A program made the position numbers and the translations under genes. From NCBI GenBank assembly GCA_044892525.1, contig CM097885.1, forward strand, positions 868,001-932,000: a stretch of 64,000 nucleotides of DNA, given 5' to 3'. The notes beneath the pieces were generated by a model. It ran no database searches and was not told where the DNA came from. It saw only the letters and a list, made by a program, of their open reading frames with translations. Shown in pieces: positions 11,701-24,929 of this stretch (the first letter of the stretch is position 1; every line of letters starts with the position of its first letter). Source of the DNA: Schmidtea polychroa. Its lineage: Eukaryota.

Positions 11701-13610
11701 ATTAGGTTTGTAGTTAGGTCATTTGGGGCTGCAATTTTCCCTAACTGGTTCAAGGGTATTTTATTAATATGGTCATATGTCCATGAAAGATTCAGAAAAA
11801 TGTGGCCTTTTGGATGTATTTATGTTGCGTTTTGGTAATATATTTTTTGAGATAGTGCTTATTTGGGTTGAGATTTGAGAGCTTAGGTTTAATGGTCACA
11901 GTTGTAGTTGATTTATTTTTGTAGATGAGGTGAGTGGGTATTTCTATTTAGGGGTATTTCTATTTAAATAGTCATATTTAAACAAACTAATTATTTTTAA
12001 AAAAATGGAATCGCCATTTTGTTTAATGAAATTTAATAAATCGTTTTTTAAATTATTTCGAAATATATTTTTTATTTCTGGTTGGTATTTTTCTTGATTA
12101 ATTTTTATAATTTCATCTATCCTATCTATTAAAAAATAATCATAATTTTCAATTTGTTTGGGGTCTAGGTCATAGATCTCTTTATTATTCAAAACATTGT
12201 TATTGTTATTTTTATTATAATTACTAATAATGATATCTTCACTACACTTATTATAATCGCAATTCTGATCATAATTACCGTTATTTATCTTTTTCGAGGA
12301 AGGGCATATTGTTGTATATTTTTTTTCATAGTATCGAATCGGGTTAACTTTGTTTTTAATGGCTTTTTCGTCATTTAATCTTTCATTAATCGGGTTCCGA
12401 GAGGGGCATTCCGTCTCATTGTCGGTGTGGTGTTTTGGTTTACCGTAATCAGGAGTCGATTTCTTTTTATCAGTAATATATCTGCAAATACCATTATTTA
12501 TTTTCTTAAAATCATTAAATAATTGGTTATCGAATGGGGCTCTGATTTTTTCAAATCTTTCGCAGATAGTCCTAATATTCCGATCTCCATTCGAATTGTT
12601 GATCTCATAATTAGATCCAAATAAAAAGCCAGTTTTCTGCCCAGTGCTATGAATGTTATCTAGAAGTGATTCTTCTAAGCACTGGGAAACGGCGGGAGCA
12701 TTAGTACAAAATTCAAGTTTTTTAAATTGCATAAAAATTTTCATTGAATTCTGAGGAGGCATTCCAAACAGATCGGGACAGATTTCGTAGTTATAGTAAT
12801 TGTTAGGAGAGGCAGTTAAGGCTTCTGTCTGATTAGTTTATATGCAATTATGAGCACTAAAATTTTTCGTTTAAATCTATCCTTAATAGGATAGAGTTTA
12901 TAATAAATAGGGTTTATGAAAGAATGGTCAACGTCATCGGTTACAGAGTTTCTTTGTAAAGAAGCCTCTATGATATCATGAGAGTAATTATGGCTTACTG
13001 AGTCTAAGGAGATGTGAGAGTTAGTTGTTTCGACGATAGAAGTATCGTTTAATGGAGAAGGTTTGAAGGATATGGGATTTTTCATAGAGTCATTATCCAT
13101 ATTAGAGTGTGAAAGGTGGTTAGAGTATTTCTTTGAGATGTTGGACTCATCTTTAATGGGAGTTGAAGTAATATTTGGGAGATAGAGATTATCAAGATTA
13201 GTATTTGATGAGGCACTGCTCGATAGTTGGACATCATCGCAGTCTTCATCATCAAGATCACAGGTATTAGTTTTATTGGTAGGAGGATTTAAGTAAAATG
13301 GAGTATTATTATCCGACGAAGCTTTAAGGACTGGAGTGATAGGAGTTGTAGCTGAGATTGAGAGTATTGGCCTTGACAAGGTGTTTGTTGTCAAAAAGTC
13401 TCTTGATAATCGAGCAGATGAGATAACAGGTGTTTTTTTATGAATATTTCTAATATAATTAGATTTTGATAATTTAATATTAGAATTAGTGAATTTAAAA
13501 GATTTTAATATTTTATTTAGGCTTGAAGATTTAATGGTATTCATCTTTTTAGGTGAATTGGGGATATCGCGGTTATGGTCTATAAAGGTGGTGATTGGTT
13601 TTGAGAAGTG
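8779..13610 (-). mobile_element. Degraded NeSL/R2-superclade non-LTR retrotransposon (S/D-rich N-terminus, zinc fingers, Ulp1-like domain, partial RT)
   Basis: RT motifs SSWRPLAILDTAYRIFS, QKAIGIPDGCAEHN and IIWLDLADAFGSVPH (8780-9260). Ulp1-like EIIFPLNLTGHAWALF..IDP..NDSGFYIC (9800-10220). C/H zinc-finger motifs 10226-10790. Several stops and frameshifts. Confidence 0.85.
11944..12762 (-). CDS. Unknown K/N-rich ORF inside the retroelement 5' region
   Basis: 272-aa open frame with no recognisable domain; contains the conserved hairpin at 12632-12700. Confidence 0.3.
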   Translation of the reverse strand: MPPQNSMKIFMQFKKLEFCTNAPAVSQCLEESLLDNIHSTGQKTGFLFGSNYEINNSNGDRNIRTICERFEKIRAPFDNQLFNDFKKINNGICRYITDKKKSTPDYGKPKHHTDNETECPSRNPINERLNDEKAIKNKVNPIRYYEKKYTTICPSSKKINNGNYDQNCDYNKCSEDIIISNYNKNNNNNVLNNKEIYDLDPKQIENYDYFLIDRIDEIIKINQEKYQPEIKNIFRNNLKNDLLNFIKQNGDSIFLKIISLFKYDYLNRNTPK

Positions 13611-13614
13611 GGAT

Positions 13615-14060
13615 AAAAGATTAAATTTTTAAATTAAAGTAAATATTGGTTCTAAATTTTAAATTAAAGTTATTAAGGTCCAAATTTTAAAATTAAGTAA
13701 TCAATGGTAAAAAATTAAAGTTAAATAAGTAAATTAAAGTAAGATTTTTAAATTTATTAACAATTGAAATTTTTTAATGAAAGTTTTTATGAAATAATTT
13801 TTTATGAATAATTTTTAATAGAAATTTTAATGAAATATTTTTCAATGGTAATTTTTAATGGAAATGTTTATGAAATAATAATAAAAAAAATAATAATAAT
13901 ATATCAACCAAATACTATACAACACATAAAAAATTAACTAAACACATAAAAATAACTAGACACATAACAAAACATATAAACATTAACTAGACACATAAAA
14001 AACATAAAAATTTACCAAACAAATAACAAATGTATATATATAAACTTTTATTTAATAAAA
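13615..14060 (-). repeat. Right-end arm of pPolB subfamily B (3' flank plus ~29-bp AT-rich array)
   Basis: Reverse complement of 37470-37890. Confidence 0.8.
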
Positions 14061-17056
14061 TTAGTCCTCATCAGACAAAATAACGTCATCGATATCGATA
14101 TCATCTTCTCCAAAATCTTCTCCAACATCTTCAATAAGTTCTTCCTCATCTTCTCCAACATTTTCATCAAATTCATCTCCAACAATTTCTCCAACATTTT
14201 CTCCAATATTTAATTCACTTAATCTTACATGCCCATTTTTTCAGCAGCTTCAGGGAAATCTTCCAACTTCTCATTTAGCTCAGAAGAAATTACAAGATCA
14301 ACTTCAAGAGTGTATCCATAAGACAAAGAATCAAGATTTAAATTCCTACATTCATCCATTTTTAAATCAAATCCATCAAGAACCCAACTAAATTCACCAC
14401 AAGGTAATGATTGACTTAAAGCCCAACCATAAAGATTATTAATATCTATATAAAGTAACTCGGTGTTCTCATCGGTTTTTACGTAATGCTAATTCAAAAA
14501 AGTAATACCGCCTCTTATTCCACCCTCATAAAAGCTAAACATTTCGTTTTCAGTTATGAGCTCAATTGGTTCATTTAAAGACATTAATGCAGAAGACCAA
14601 GACATACCTGGAATTCCGAAATAATTCAATGGTTCCAATCTATTGTGAACAATAGATTTCATCCGAAACTGATGAAAGAAATCAGCCAAAAGAAAACAAT
14701 CAAGTTTTAAGTAGATCATCATATAATCTAATAAAGTTAGGCAATTAGTTTCTACCCAAATCTCCTGAGCTTTTTCATACTAAAGCTCAGTAACACCCTC
14801 CCAGATTGGTGGTAATTCATAAGTAGTTTGGAGAATATCTAAAGATGTAGCGAAATTATAAGGGAAGATTCCTTTTTCAGAAACTATAGTGCCAGAAAAA
14901 GCAGAATTAGTAAAAGGCAAAGAATTCAAAGTTTTGACTGCTTTAGCTAAAGAATCATTAACAAATTGATAAGAATCAATGAATTGATAAGAATCAATTC
15001 TTTTGCCTAAATGCGCAATCAAAGAAATAAATTTTTCAGTCGTTATTGGGATGCAACCTAAAGTCCAATTTTTAAATTTATTTAATCCGTATTTAAGTAT
15101 ATGATGCATATCGTATCCCTTCAAGTTGTGAAATACGATAGGCAAAATTTTATTTATTTTCTTATTTTTGTTACATGTGCTACAAGCTGCACCCAAATAT
15201 TTCCCCGTAAAATGATCGTGATCTCTAACAGGATCAACGATAGATTTCATACAAAGATAACAAACAGATGCACTAACAAATTGACGTTGTTCAATTTTCG
15301 TTAATTTAATCATAGGTTTCCTACCCATTTTATAATAAAAAGGAAGAACCTTATTTAATGCTATATCCTCTATAGCACTTAAAAAACTCTCGACGCAATC
15401 TAAACCTATGAACTGTTGATAAGATTTAGATCCGTCAAAGTTATTTACAAGTAAAAGACCAGCAGATATTGGCATGTGTCGTTGGAAATGAACATTATCA
15501 GAAGGTAAAATAGCCTCAAAATCGGCATAAACTACAAAAGGAGGAGTTACTGTTTTCGACCAGTCAGTAAACTGCAATAATTTATTTTGAGGGAAAGTGT
15601 AAAGAGTTGTTCCTAATTGATTACGTTTACATAATATTTCATGTTTTTCCAGTGCGTGTTTATACCTAAACCCATTCAAACACCGATGGCACCATAATGA
15701 ACGTATGCGTGTAGGACAACTAGTGTTGATACCACAATTCAGTAACCTATTTAAATTACTTATAGCAACGTAATGGAAATTGTTTCCTTTATTTAAAAGT
15801 AGTAAATTAATTACAGTTCCATTTAAAACTTTGGAACGATGTATAATATCTAAATGTGGATGTTTTAATACATAATTATCAGTTAATTGTTTGCTATTAT
15901 CATATGAAAAAACATTAATTATTAAACCCGAATTTTTAGATTCAAATTTCCTAATGTCTTTTAATTTCATAGGTAATTCTAACGGGTCGTATACTAAGTC
16001 AGATAAATTATAACTCGATGTCCTATTTCTAGCATAACTACTAACTTCATCATATTTTAAAATAGCTAAAATGCTATATAAAAAACATGAATCATCAGTG
16101 TTTTTTATATTAATTAAACAATATTTATTTTTTAGATAAGTAGGTGTTTCAATGAAACTCCTACCACTTAATCTACTTAACCTACTTATTTTTGTTATGG
16201 TGAAATGTATTTCAGTAATATTTTATATATTCCAACTGCTTCCTAACTCAGTAATATTAGTAATTTTCTCATTTAATTCTTTAATGCCTTCATCAAAAAA
16301 TGATGCAGTTAAAGGCTTTGCATAATTTGAGATATTATAAACCTTTATTTCCCCGTCTTTTTCAAATTCGATTGTTATTCCAAATTGAATTTTGACGGAG
16401 CCTTATTCGTTAATAATATCTCGTAATTTTATTATTAGTTGTTCAGGAAATATTACTTCTTTTATATTTAAGTCGCTGTATTTAAGCTTAATATTTGATG
16501 GGTACCTCTTAAATCTCTTTGTACTGTCGATACATTTCCACTTATTTGTATTATATTTAATCCATCCCAAGAATCAAAGGAAGTGAATAATCCATCATTG
16601 GATTCAACAACCAATCCATCATTGGATTCAACAAAAGGCAATCCGACCTGGGATTCAACAAAAGACAATCCGTCCTGGGATTCAACAACCAATCCATCAT
16701 TGGATTCAACAAAAGACAATCCGACCTGGAATTCAACAAAAGACAATCCAGCCTGGGATTCAACCTCTAATCCGACCTGGGATTCAAAAGAAGTATCTAA
16801 TTTAATTTTTTTATTTGTATTATTTTTTTCTATAGTTGAGGGTCTTTAAAAACACTATCTTTTTTAAAATTAAATCTATCTAAATGATTTTTATGTTTAT
16901 TATAAAAAACGCTATATGTTACAGGGTCACTAGTCTTACATACGGGACATATAAAATAAGTTTTATTATAATATTTTTTCGTGTAATAATTCTCCATTAT
17001 GGAATGGCAATTATTATCATGTTCTTTCGATGAACAATAATTTGGATAAAGTATAC
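14061..17056 (-). pseudogene. pPolB subfamily B, exon 4, with stops/frameshifts and deletion of polymerase motifs B and C
   Basis: ORFs 14780-15970 and 14489-14722; FPEAAEK is joined directly to the acidic tail; splice acceptor at 17057-17058. Confidence 0.9.
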
Positions 17057-17209
17057 CTATAAAATAAAAATTTAATAAAAATATATAATTTAAATGAAAT
17101 ATTTTAATAAATGTTTACGCAAAAATTTGCAAATTATTATTATTTTACAAATTTTATTTACTAAAAAATAAAAATTTACTAAATTAAAAATATTAACATT
17201 TACTTTTTT

Positions 17210-18470
17210 TAAATTAAAAAACCAATCAATAAAAATGCATCGAATTATCAAGAAATTAATTAAATTTATCTTAGAACTAACTTAAATTTTTTAAATATTC
17301 ATTCTATCCACATGAAATTCATGAAAATGATAAAAATTCACAAAAACCATCAACTCTAAAAAAAAATAACTAAGGAATACCTTAAACACAAATATTTATC
17401 TAAATAATATTTCAAATTAATTCATTAAAATTGAAGACTACACGCTCTATTTCGTCATTACATTCAATTAAAATTAAATAAATCAGGATAAGAACTTTGA
17501 TAAAAAATATTATTCTAAAATGGTAAGAATTAACACTGTAGTGTTAAATGAGAAGTTAATTATTCTTTAAATCTAATTATAATTATAATCATAATTTTCT
17601 TTAATTTAACCCTTTATTTACTTAATTTAGTCCTTGTTTACCGAATATAGAAGTTTAAAATATAGACCATTGATTACTTTAATTTAAAAATGTATCCCTT
17701 AATTTAAATAATTTCCATCTAAAATTATTTCAAAAAAATTTTTTTTCTAAAATTGTCATTGAAAAATATTTCATAAAAATTTTCATTAAAAATTATCTTA
17801 AAAATTATTCCATAAAAATTTCCATCTAAAATTACTTAAAAAATTATTTCATAAAAAATTTCATTAAAAAATTTCAATTATTTTGTTTTATTATTTTGTT
17901 AATAAATTTAAAATCTTACTTTAATTTGCTTATTACATTACTTATTTAAAAATTATTACTTTAATTTACTTATTTAAAATATTTGACCATTGATTACTTA
18001 ATTTAAAAATTTGGACCTTAATTAACTTTAATTTAATTTTTTAGAACCTTAATTTACTTTAATTTTAAATTTTGACCTTTAATTAACTTTAATTCAAAAT
18101 TTGGATCTTAATTTACTTTAATTGAAAAATTTAGACCTTAATTGAAAATTTTAGACCTTAATTTACTTAATTGAAATTTTAAACCTTAATTTACTTAAGT
18201 TTAAAAATATATACCATAATTTATTTTTACTTTAAATTTTAGACCATAATTTACTTAATTGAAAATTTTAGACCTAATTTAATTGAAAATTTTAGACCTT
18301 AATTTACTTAATTGAAAATTTTAGACCTTAATTTACTTAAGTGAAATTTTAGACCTTAATTTACTTAAGTTTAAAAATATATACCATAATTTACTGTAAT
18401 TGAAAAATTTGGACCATAATTTACTGTAATTTAATTTTTTAGAACCATAATTTACTGTAATTGAAAAATT
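17210..18470 (-). repeat. Upstream region and left-arm array of subfamily B
   Basis: Reverse complement of ~56795-57810; GACCTTAATTTACTT-type degenerate units. Confidence 0.8.
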
Positions 18471-19405
18471 CGAGCGACTAATTTATTGGTTAACTTTGCA
18501 GTCATTTAAAGCAAAACTTAATTTATTCATCTAATGTTCGTTACAATAGTTAATAATATGAGAAAAATATGGTCATTATTCATTGATAATTTTAAATTCT
18601 TTATCATTTGGAGTAAATTTGTTTGAGGCAAAAATAATTAAAGGAGTCATAATAGAAATATGGTTATCATTTAACCAATTAAGGGGCTTATTAGTTAGAA
18701 ATATATATATTATAAAGTAACAATTATTTTCTAATTTAATTAGTAGATCATTAGACGTAATATATCTTTGCGAGAAATTTAAAATGTTTGAGTAACCAAA
18801 ACATGGATATTTTGTGCGATAAATTTATGAATATTGGTTAATTTTGTTATTTTTAGTCATTTAAAATAATATTTAGCAAAGGTAATTTAGCAAAATATCG
18901 TTGTAAGATTTATCCACCCGATAACAATATTCCTTCAATAGATTAACTGATATTCAACCTATTTAATTTCTGGAAATATAATTAAAATCATAAATTTCCT
19001 TCAATAAAGTTAAATCAAAAACGCAAGAGACGCTCAAGCAAATCAAGAATTAAAAAATAAACACATTGCAGAAACAGAATTTATATAAAGTCAAACCCTG
19101 ACTCCTCCAACAGATTCAAGTCTAAATAAAATTCAATCAAAAGCAATAACACTAGTAAGTAGGACTCCAACCCACTTTCAAGGTCATGAAATATGTCCAG
19201 ATCAAATATAGGTCAATTGAATCATTTATTTTTAAATTAACATTTTATTTATTTACTTCTTTTTAATTTTTTCTTTTTAATTATATTAATTAATTATTTT
19301 ATTTTGTTTTATTTTAATTACTTACTTTAGTTAATTTTTAATTTATTACATTAATTAATTTCTTAGTTTATTAATATTTTATTTTAATTACTTACGCTAT
19401 TTAAA

Positions 19406-19472
<67 letters not shown>

Positions 19473-19950
19473 TATTTTATTTATTTCTTTATTTTTTCTT
19501 CAATTTTACATTTACATTATATTCTAAAAAGAGAGTTAATTATAACAATAATATTTCAATTTGTATAAAATTTTAATTAGTAATTATTCAATTTGAATAA
19601 AATATTTATTAGAAATTATTTAATTTATTATAAAATAAAACGCTGTGTTAATTTTAAATAAACTGGATATTAATTTTTTGAAAAAAATAAATAAATAAAA
19701 TAGTCTAAAAGGTTAAATTATGGTCTAAAATTTAAAATTTAAAAATTGAAAATTGAAAATTAAAAACTAAACTAATCAAACTAAATCAAACGCTATAACC
19801 TTAAATCAAGAATTCACTAAAGTAGATCAGAAGATATTAATTATCAAAATGTAACAAAGACTCTGAAATTCATCAATTTCATCTAATGACCTGGTGATAT
19901 TCAATACCATTCTCAAGAATGCTAAAGTCGGGAATTCTTTGAATTTAACA
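18300..19950 (+). repeat. Segmental duplicate of ~49000-50600
   Basis: Near-identical sequence, including the junction GAAAAATTCGAGCGACTAATTTATTGG. Confidence 0.9.
19154..19680 (+). repeat. Polinton-like terminal inverted repeat (left orientation)
   Basis: AGTAAGTAGGACTCCAACCCACTTTCAAGGTCAT..GTCCAGATCAAATATAGGTCAAT; inverted homolog of 30860-31300. Confidence 0.7.
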
Positions 19951-20580
19951 AATAAATAAAAAATTAAATAAAAAATTATTGTTGATTATAGTTTATCATT
20001 AATTATTTTTTTGTTTGGGGTTGTAAAGAAAATACTTTGACAACACAAGATTTTTAAATTTATTAACAAAAAGTTGGAATAATAGTCAGTAATTGAGAAT
20101 TGAAATTTTTTAATGAAAATCTTTAATAGAAATGTTTTAAGATAATTTTTAATGAAAATTTTAATGGAATAATTTTCAAAGATAATTTTCAAAGAAATTT
20201 TAATTGATTAATTTTTTAAGTAAATGTTTTTAATAAAATTTTTTTTATAGATTAATAATAATAATATTATTATTTCAACCAAATACTATACAACACATAA
20301 AAATAACTAGACACATAACAAAACATATATATATTAACTAAACACATAAAAATTAACTAGACACATAAAAAACATAAAAATTACCAAACAAATAAAAAGA
20401 ACAAATGTAAAGATATAAACTTTTATTTAATAAACTCAGTCTTCATCATTATCAATATCATCTTTTCCAACATCTTCTCCAACATTTAATTGACTTAATA
20501 TTACATACCCATATGATAAACTAGTATTTTTCCCCACCCAAACCCTTTTGTCATCTTTGTTAGTTAGTTATTTATTTAAA

Positions 20581-21899
20581 TTAGTCCTCATCAGACAAAA
20601 TAACGTCATCGATATCGATATCATCTTCTCCAAAATCTTCTCCAACATCTTCAATAAATTCTTCCTCATCTTCTCCAACATTTTCATCAAATTCATCTCC
20701 AACAATTTCTCCAATATTTTCTCCAACAATTTCTCCAACATTTTCGCCAATATTTAATTCACTTAATCTTACATGCCTATATGCAAGACTAGTATTTTTC
20801 CCCACCCAAACCCTTTTGTCATCTTTGTTAGTTAGTGCTATTTTATTATTTTTAATTGTAAAAATTTGATGATTTTTGTTTGTTAATTTTGTTTGAGGAA
20901 TCGAAAAAATTTGATTAGTTTTATAACAATCCAGGTATGACTGATGTTTTATGTCACTACCTTTCAATGTTACACCTTTAGCCTTTTTTGTTTCCTCATC
21001 ACCCAACAAGCTTTAACACTTGGGTCTAAGAAAAACCCATTCCCTATATTTAAGACCTTTATTCTCGTCTTTGAACTTTCCAATGACAGAATCAAGGTTC
21101 TTACTATATAAGGAATGACAACTATTGTAATCGAAGTATGTAATAAATTATCTCGAATCATTGCAGGTAAAAGAACCTCAAGTTTACAGTTAATGACTTC
21201 GAGGAAAAAAGAGTCTGTATCACCTGCAACGATATTAATTTTATTAACAAATTGATAAAAATCAATGAATCTTAAGCTTATTTTGCCTAAATGCGCAATC
21301 AAAGAAATAAATTTTTCAGTCGTGATTGGGATGCAACCAAAAGTCCAATTTTTAAATTTGTTTAAACCATATTTAAAAATATGGTGCATATCGTATCTCT
21401 TCAAGTTGTGAAATACGATAGGCAAAATTTTATTTATTTTCCTATTTATGTTGCATGTGCTACAAGCTGCACCCAAGTATTTCCCAGTAAAATGATTGTG
21501 ATCTCTAACAGGATCGACGATACATTTCAAACAAAGGTAACAAACAGATGCACTAACAAATTGACGTTGTTCAATTTTTGTTAATTTCATCATAGGTTTG
21601 CTTCCCATTTTATAATAAAAAGGAAGAACCTTATTTAATGCTATATCCTCTATAGCACTTAAAAAACTCTCGACGCAATCTAAACCTATGAACTGTTGAT
21701 AAGATTTAGATCCATCAAAGTTATTTACAAGTAAACGACCAGAAGATATTGGCATGTGTCGTTTGAAATGAACATTATCGGAAGGTAAAATAGCCTCAAA
21801 ATCGGCATCAACTACAAAAGGAGGAGTTACTGTTTTCGACCAGTCAGTAAACTGTAATAATTTATTTTGAGAGAAGGTGTAAAGAGTTGTTCCTAACTG
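20581..21899 (-). pseudogene. pPolB-B internally deleted derivative (Exo/EndoVII region fused to motif C and tail)
   Basis: YQFVN|KINIVAGDTDS junction; frameshifted; duplicate of 61997-63298. Confidence 0.9.
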
Positions 21900-22600
21900 A
21901 TTTTTTATGTGTTTAGTTAATGTTTATATGTTTTGTTATGTGTCTAGTTATTTTTATGTGTTTAGTTAATTTTTATGTGTTGTATAGTATTTGGTTGAAA
22001 TAATAATATTATTATTAATCTATAAAAAAAAATTTCATTAAAAAAATTTACTTAAAAAATTAATCCACTAAAATTTTCGTTGAAAATTATCTTAAAAAAT
22101 TTTTATTAAAGATTTTCATTAAAAAATTTCAATTCTTAATTACTGACTATTATTCCAACTTTTTGTTAATAAATTTAAAAATCTTACTTTAATTTACTTA
22201 TTACTTTAATTAAAAAATTTGAAACTTAATTTACTTATTTCAGCCCATTGATTACCAAATATATCTATTAATTTACTTTAATTCAAAAATCTTAGCCCAT
22301 AATTTACTATATTTCAATTTTTAGACCCTTAATTTACTGTAATTCAATTTTTGAACCATCATTTACTTTAATTTTAAATTTAAGAACCATAATTTACTTT
22401 AGTTTAAAAATTTGAACCTTAATTAACTAATAAAAGTTAAATTATCATTTTCAATTAATATTTTACAAACATAAAATTACAATATTTGAAATTCTAAATA
22501 TCTCTATTAACATGTTTGCAATTAATTTTAAAAATACAAAAATTTTACAAAATTTTCAAATTGAATATTAAATATTTTTTTAATTTGCATTTGATAATGT
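21900..22600 (+). repeat. Right-end arm of subfamily B, inverted relative to the adjacent pPolB fragment
   Basis: Inverted copy of 20050-20350; direct duplicate of 63300-64000. Confidence 0.85.
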
Positions 22601-23139
22601 TTATTCTTAATAAGATTTTCCCATGAGAAAATTCATATTTGTTTAAATGCAAAACTTTAAATTTAATTCTATAAAAAAAATTATTTTTCAAGACGTCTAA
22701 AAGCTCTAGGACAAGAAGAAAATACAGTTTAGAAAGGTAGTGAGTTAATTTCCTAATGAATTACAGAAGGGTATAGGACAAAGTTCCAGTTCTCTATTCT
22801 CAATTTATCATCAATCAGCAGCAACATTGACAAAGTTTATCTTAAACAAGCTGCAAATTTATATATAAAATTACATAAAAATTGTTGATAAATTGTTAAA
22901 GTTTTAATAATATATTTCGAATAATAAAAATTTCCCTTGATAAAATTCTGAATATGAAATAAATATTAAAAATTATATTAAAATTTAAAACTGTAAAAAT
23001 TTTAAATTTTATTTATAAATTTCATTTTTAAATTGTTTTATTAATCAATTTATTAGAAAATAATCTTAATGAAGCATTTTAAGTTTTATTTTAGTTTTAA
23101 CTAATTTTTCTAAATTTTATTTAAATTTATTTTTGTAGT

Positions 23140-24535
23140 CGTTTGTGATATGGAGGCCTTTAAGCAGTTAGTCTTAGTTAACGTAGCTCTCTTACAAATT
23201 ACCTTTTACCTTGACTGCATTGATGGAGGTGCTACTCGTCAAGAACCTACCTCATGCAGTTATCCATTTGTATGCCGAATGTCCTTTACCGTCGAACTTC
23301 CTGTGGCTTCGTCATAATCGTTCTTATTGGTCTAACAATGTACCGCACTACGTCGATCCCTCTTATAAGGTTTCTGAATTTCAACATTTTGCTCTTATCA
23401 TAGCCCATTTTTGACTGCTTTGGTGACAACATCAGAGTGCCTTCTTTTATTTTTTACCTTTTTAGGATCTGAACTTCACAGTGGATACATAAAGATTTTC
23501 AGCAAAAGCCTCAGCGATATGTAATTTCATTTATTTCCATTTTCAGCGTAGATTAGACTAGTAATGTCATGTAATTCTGAACACTTCTCATGCTTTCTTT
23601 CTTTATTTTCAATTTCTAGTTTATTATTTACATCCATCATTTTTATTTTTGTTTTTATTCTGATATTGCATTTATTATTTCTATGTAGGTAGTTTAATAC
23701 CTAAATCGGTATTCCTTACTAAATCGAAAGGTTTAAGCGGTCCTTATACATGCATCCTACTGATCCCAGTTGGTGTATAAAATAAACTGCATTGATGAAG
23801 GTTCGAACCTTCATCGTTTTCTCTCTTGCAGTCAGTCATTTGTGTGGACCTTGTATTTCTTTGTCTTTTTTGCCAGATCCTCTATCTCAGTGGTAGATAA
23901 TCCTTAGTATTGTGTATATTTACTTTACCAATTTACTTTTACCAACTGTGCTTTAACAGCTTCGTACTCGGCCAGTGAGCTTATCCTTTCATCCCTGCAC
24001 TCTTCAATTCGCCTATCACGCTTCGCCAATAGAACCTCTGCTACTTGTTTGAATCCTTTCTGTGCATTCGAACCTAACGGCAACTAATTACTCTTGCCGC
24101 TAGTATCTTTTTTAGTGTCCTAGTTAAAACTGAGCTCGCTCTTCCTCTATTTTTGAAGGCTTTCTTAAATCGGCATCCAAGCTAGTTCGCTGGTCATGTT
24201 TTCGGTTATTGTGAGTCATTTCCCAATATTTTTGATTTCAAGCTTTGGCTGGACGCTTTGTTTTGCCTGTGTTTTAATAGAATGGGAATAGGTACCTTTT
24301 CTCGGAGAGATGCTTTTTCAGGAATGGTGATGTAGAAGTGATGGACTCCTTCTCCTGGTAGTATTCCTCACTATATCTGCTTATGTTTTTGATGTAGCTT
24401 CTTTTGCATTCATTCTGTTTTCGTCTAAGTACCTAATGATATAGATAAATATTGGAACTGGGGCATAATTTATTCATAATCCGAAGGCTTCAATGGTTAT
24501 ACGTCTCCTGGCTTCTCTGATAAAGTTCTCTTTTT
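23140..24535 (-). pseudogene. Fragments of an R2/NeSL-like non-LTR ORF (RT start and post-RT region)
   Basis: 24050-24130 is homologous to RT fragment 40180-40265; RIEECRDERIS is shared with 27930-28020; KWITA.GRFL..SINAVKV resembles the pre-knuckle region. Confidence 0.6.
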
Positions 24536-24929
24536 CTCCTTGGAATTGCCGCCTATTTCTGCGCAGTGCTAGGAATCTTATATTGGAGTGATTCTCCTAA
24601 GCGCTGGGAAACGGCGGGAGTAATCTGGTAATAATTTGAGTTTCTGAATAACATTAAAGAAATATTTTCACGGTAAAAAAGGGGACCTCCATCCGGCATT
24701 GGATCATCCTCCTGCAGCAGAATTATCTTTTTCATTTTCCTTAACTTTTAATTTTTCTATTTCTTTAACCTTTTTATAGAAAACTTTATTATCCTTTTCT
24801 ATATTTGAAAATTTTACATTATTAAAAGCGAAAATATCATTAATACCGCAATTTTGATTATTAATTACCCTTATTTTAGCTTTCGGATAATTTTGAAATA
24901 ATAAATATGGCATTTTCATGCTTTTCCTT

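Noticed and set aside
16557..16849. PTWDST / LLNP repeat ORFs (also 59155, 61264, 61427), and a possible CRISPR-like array
   Set aside because: Shadow frames of the pPolB coding repeat; there are no unique spacers.
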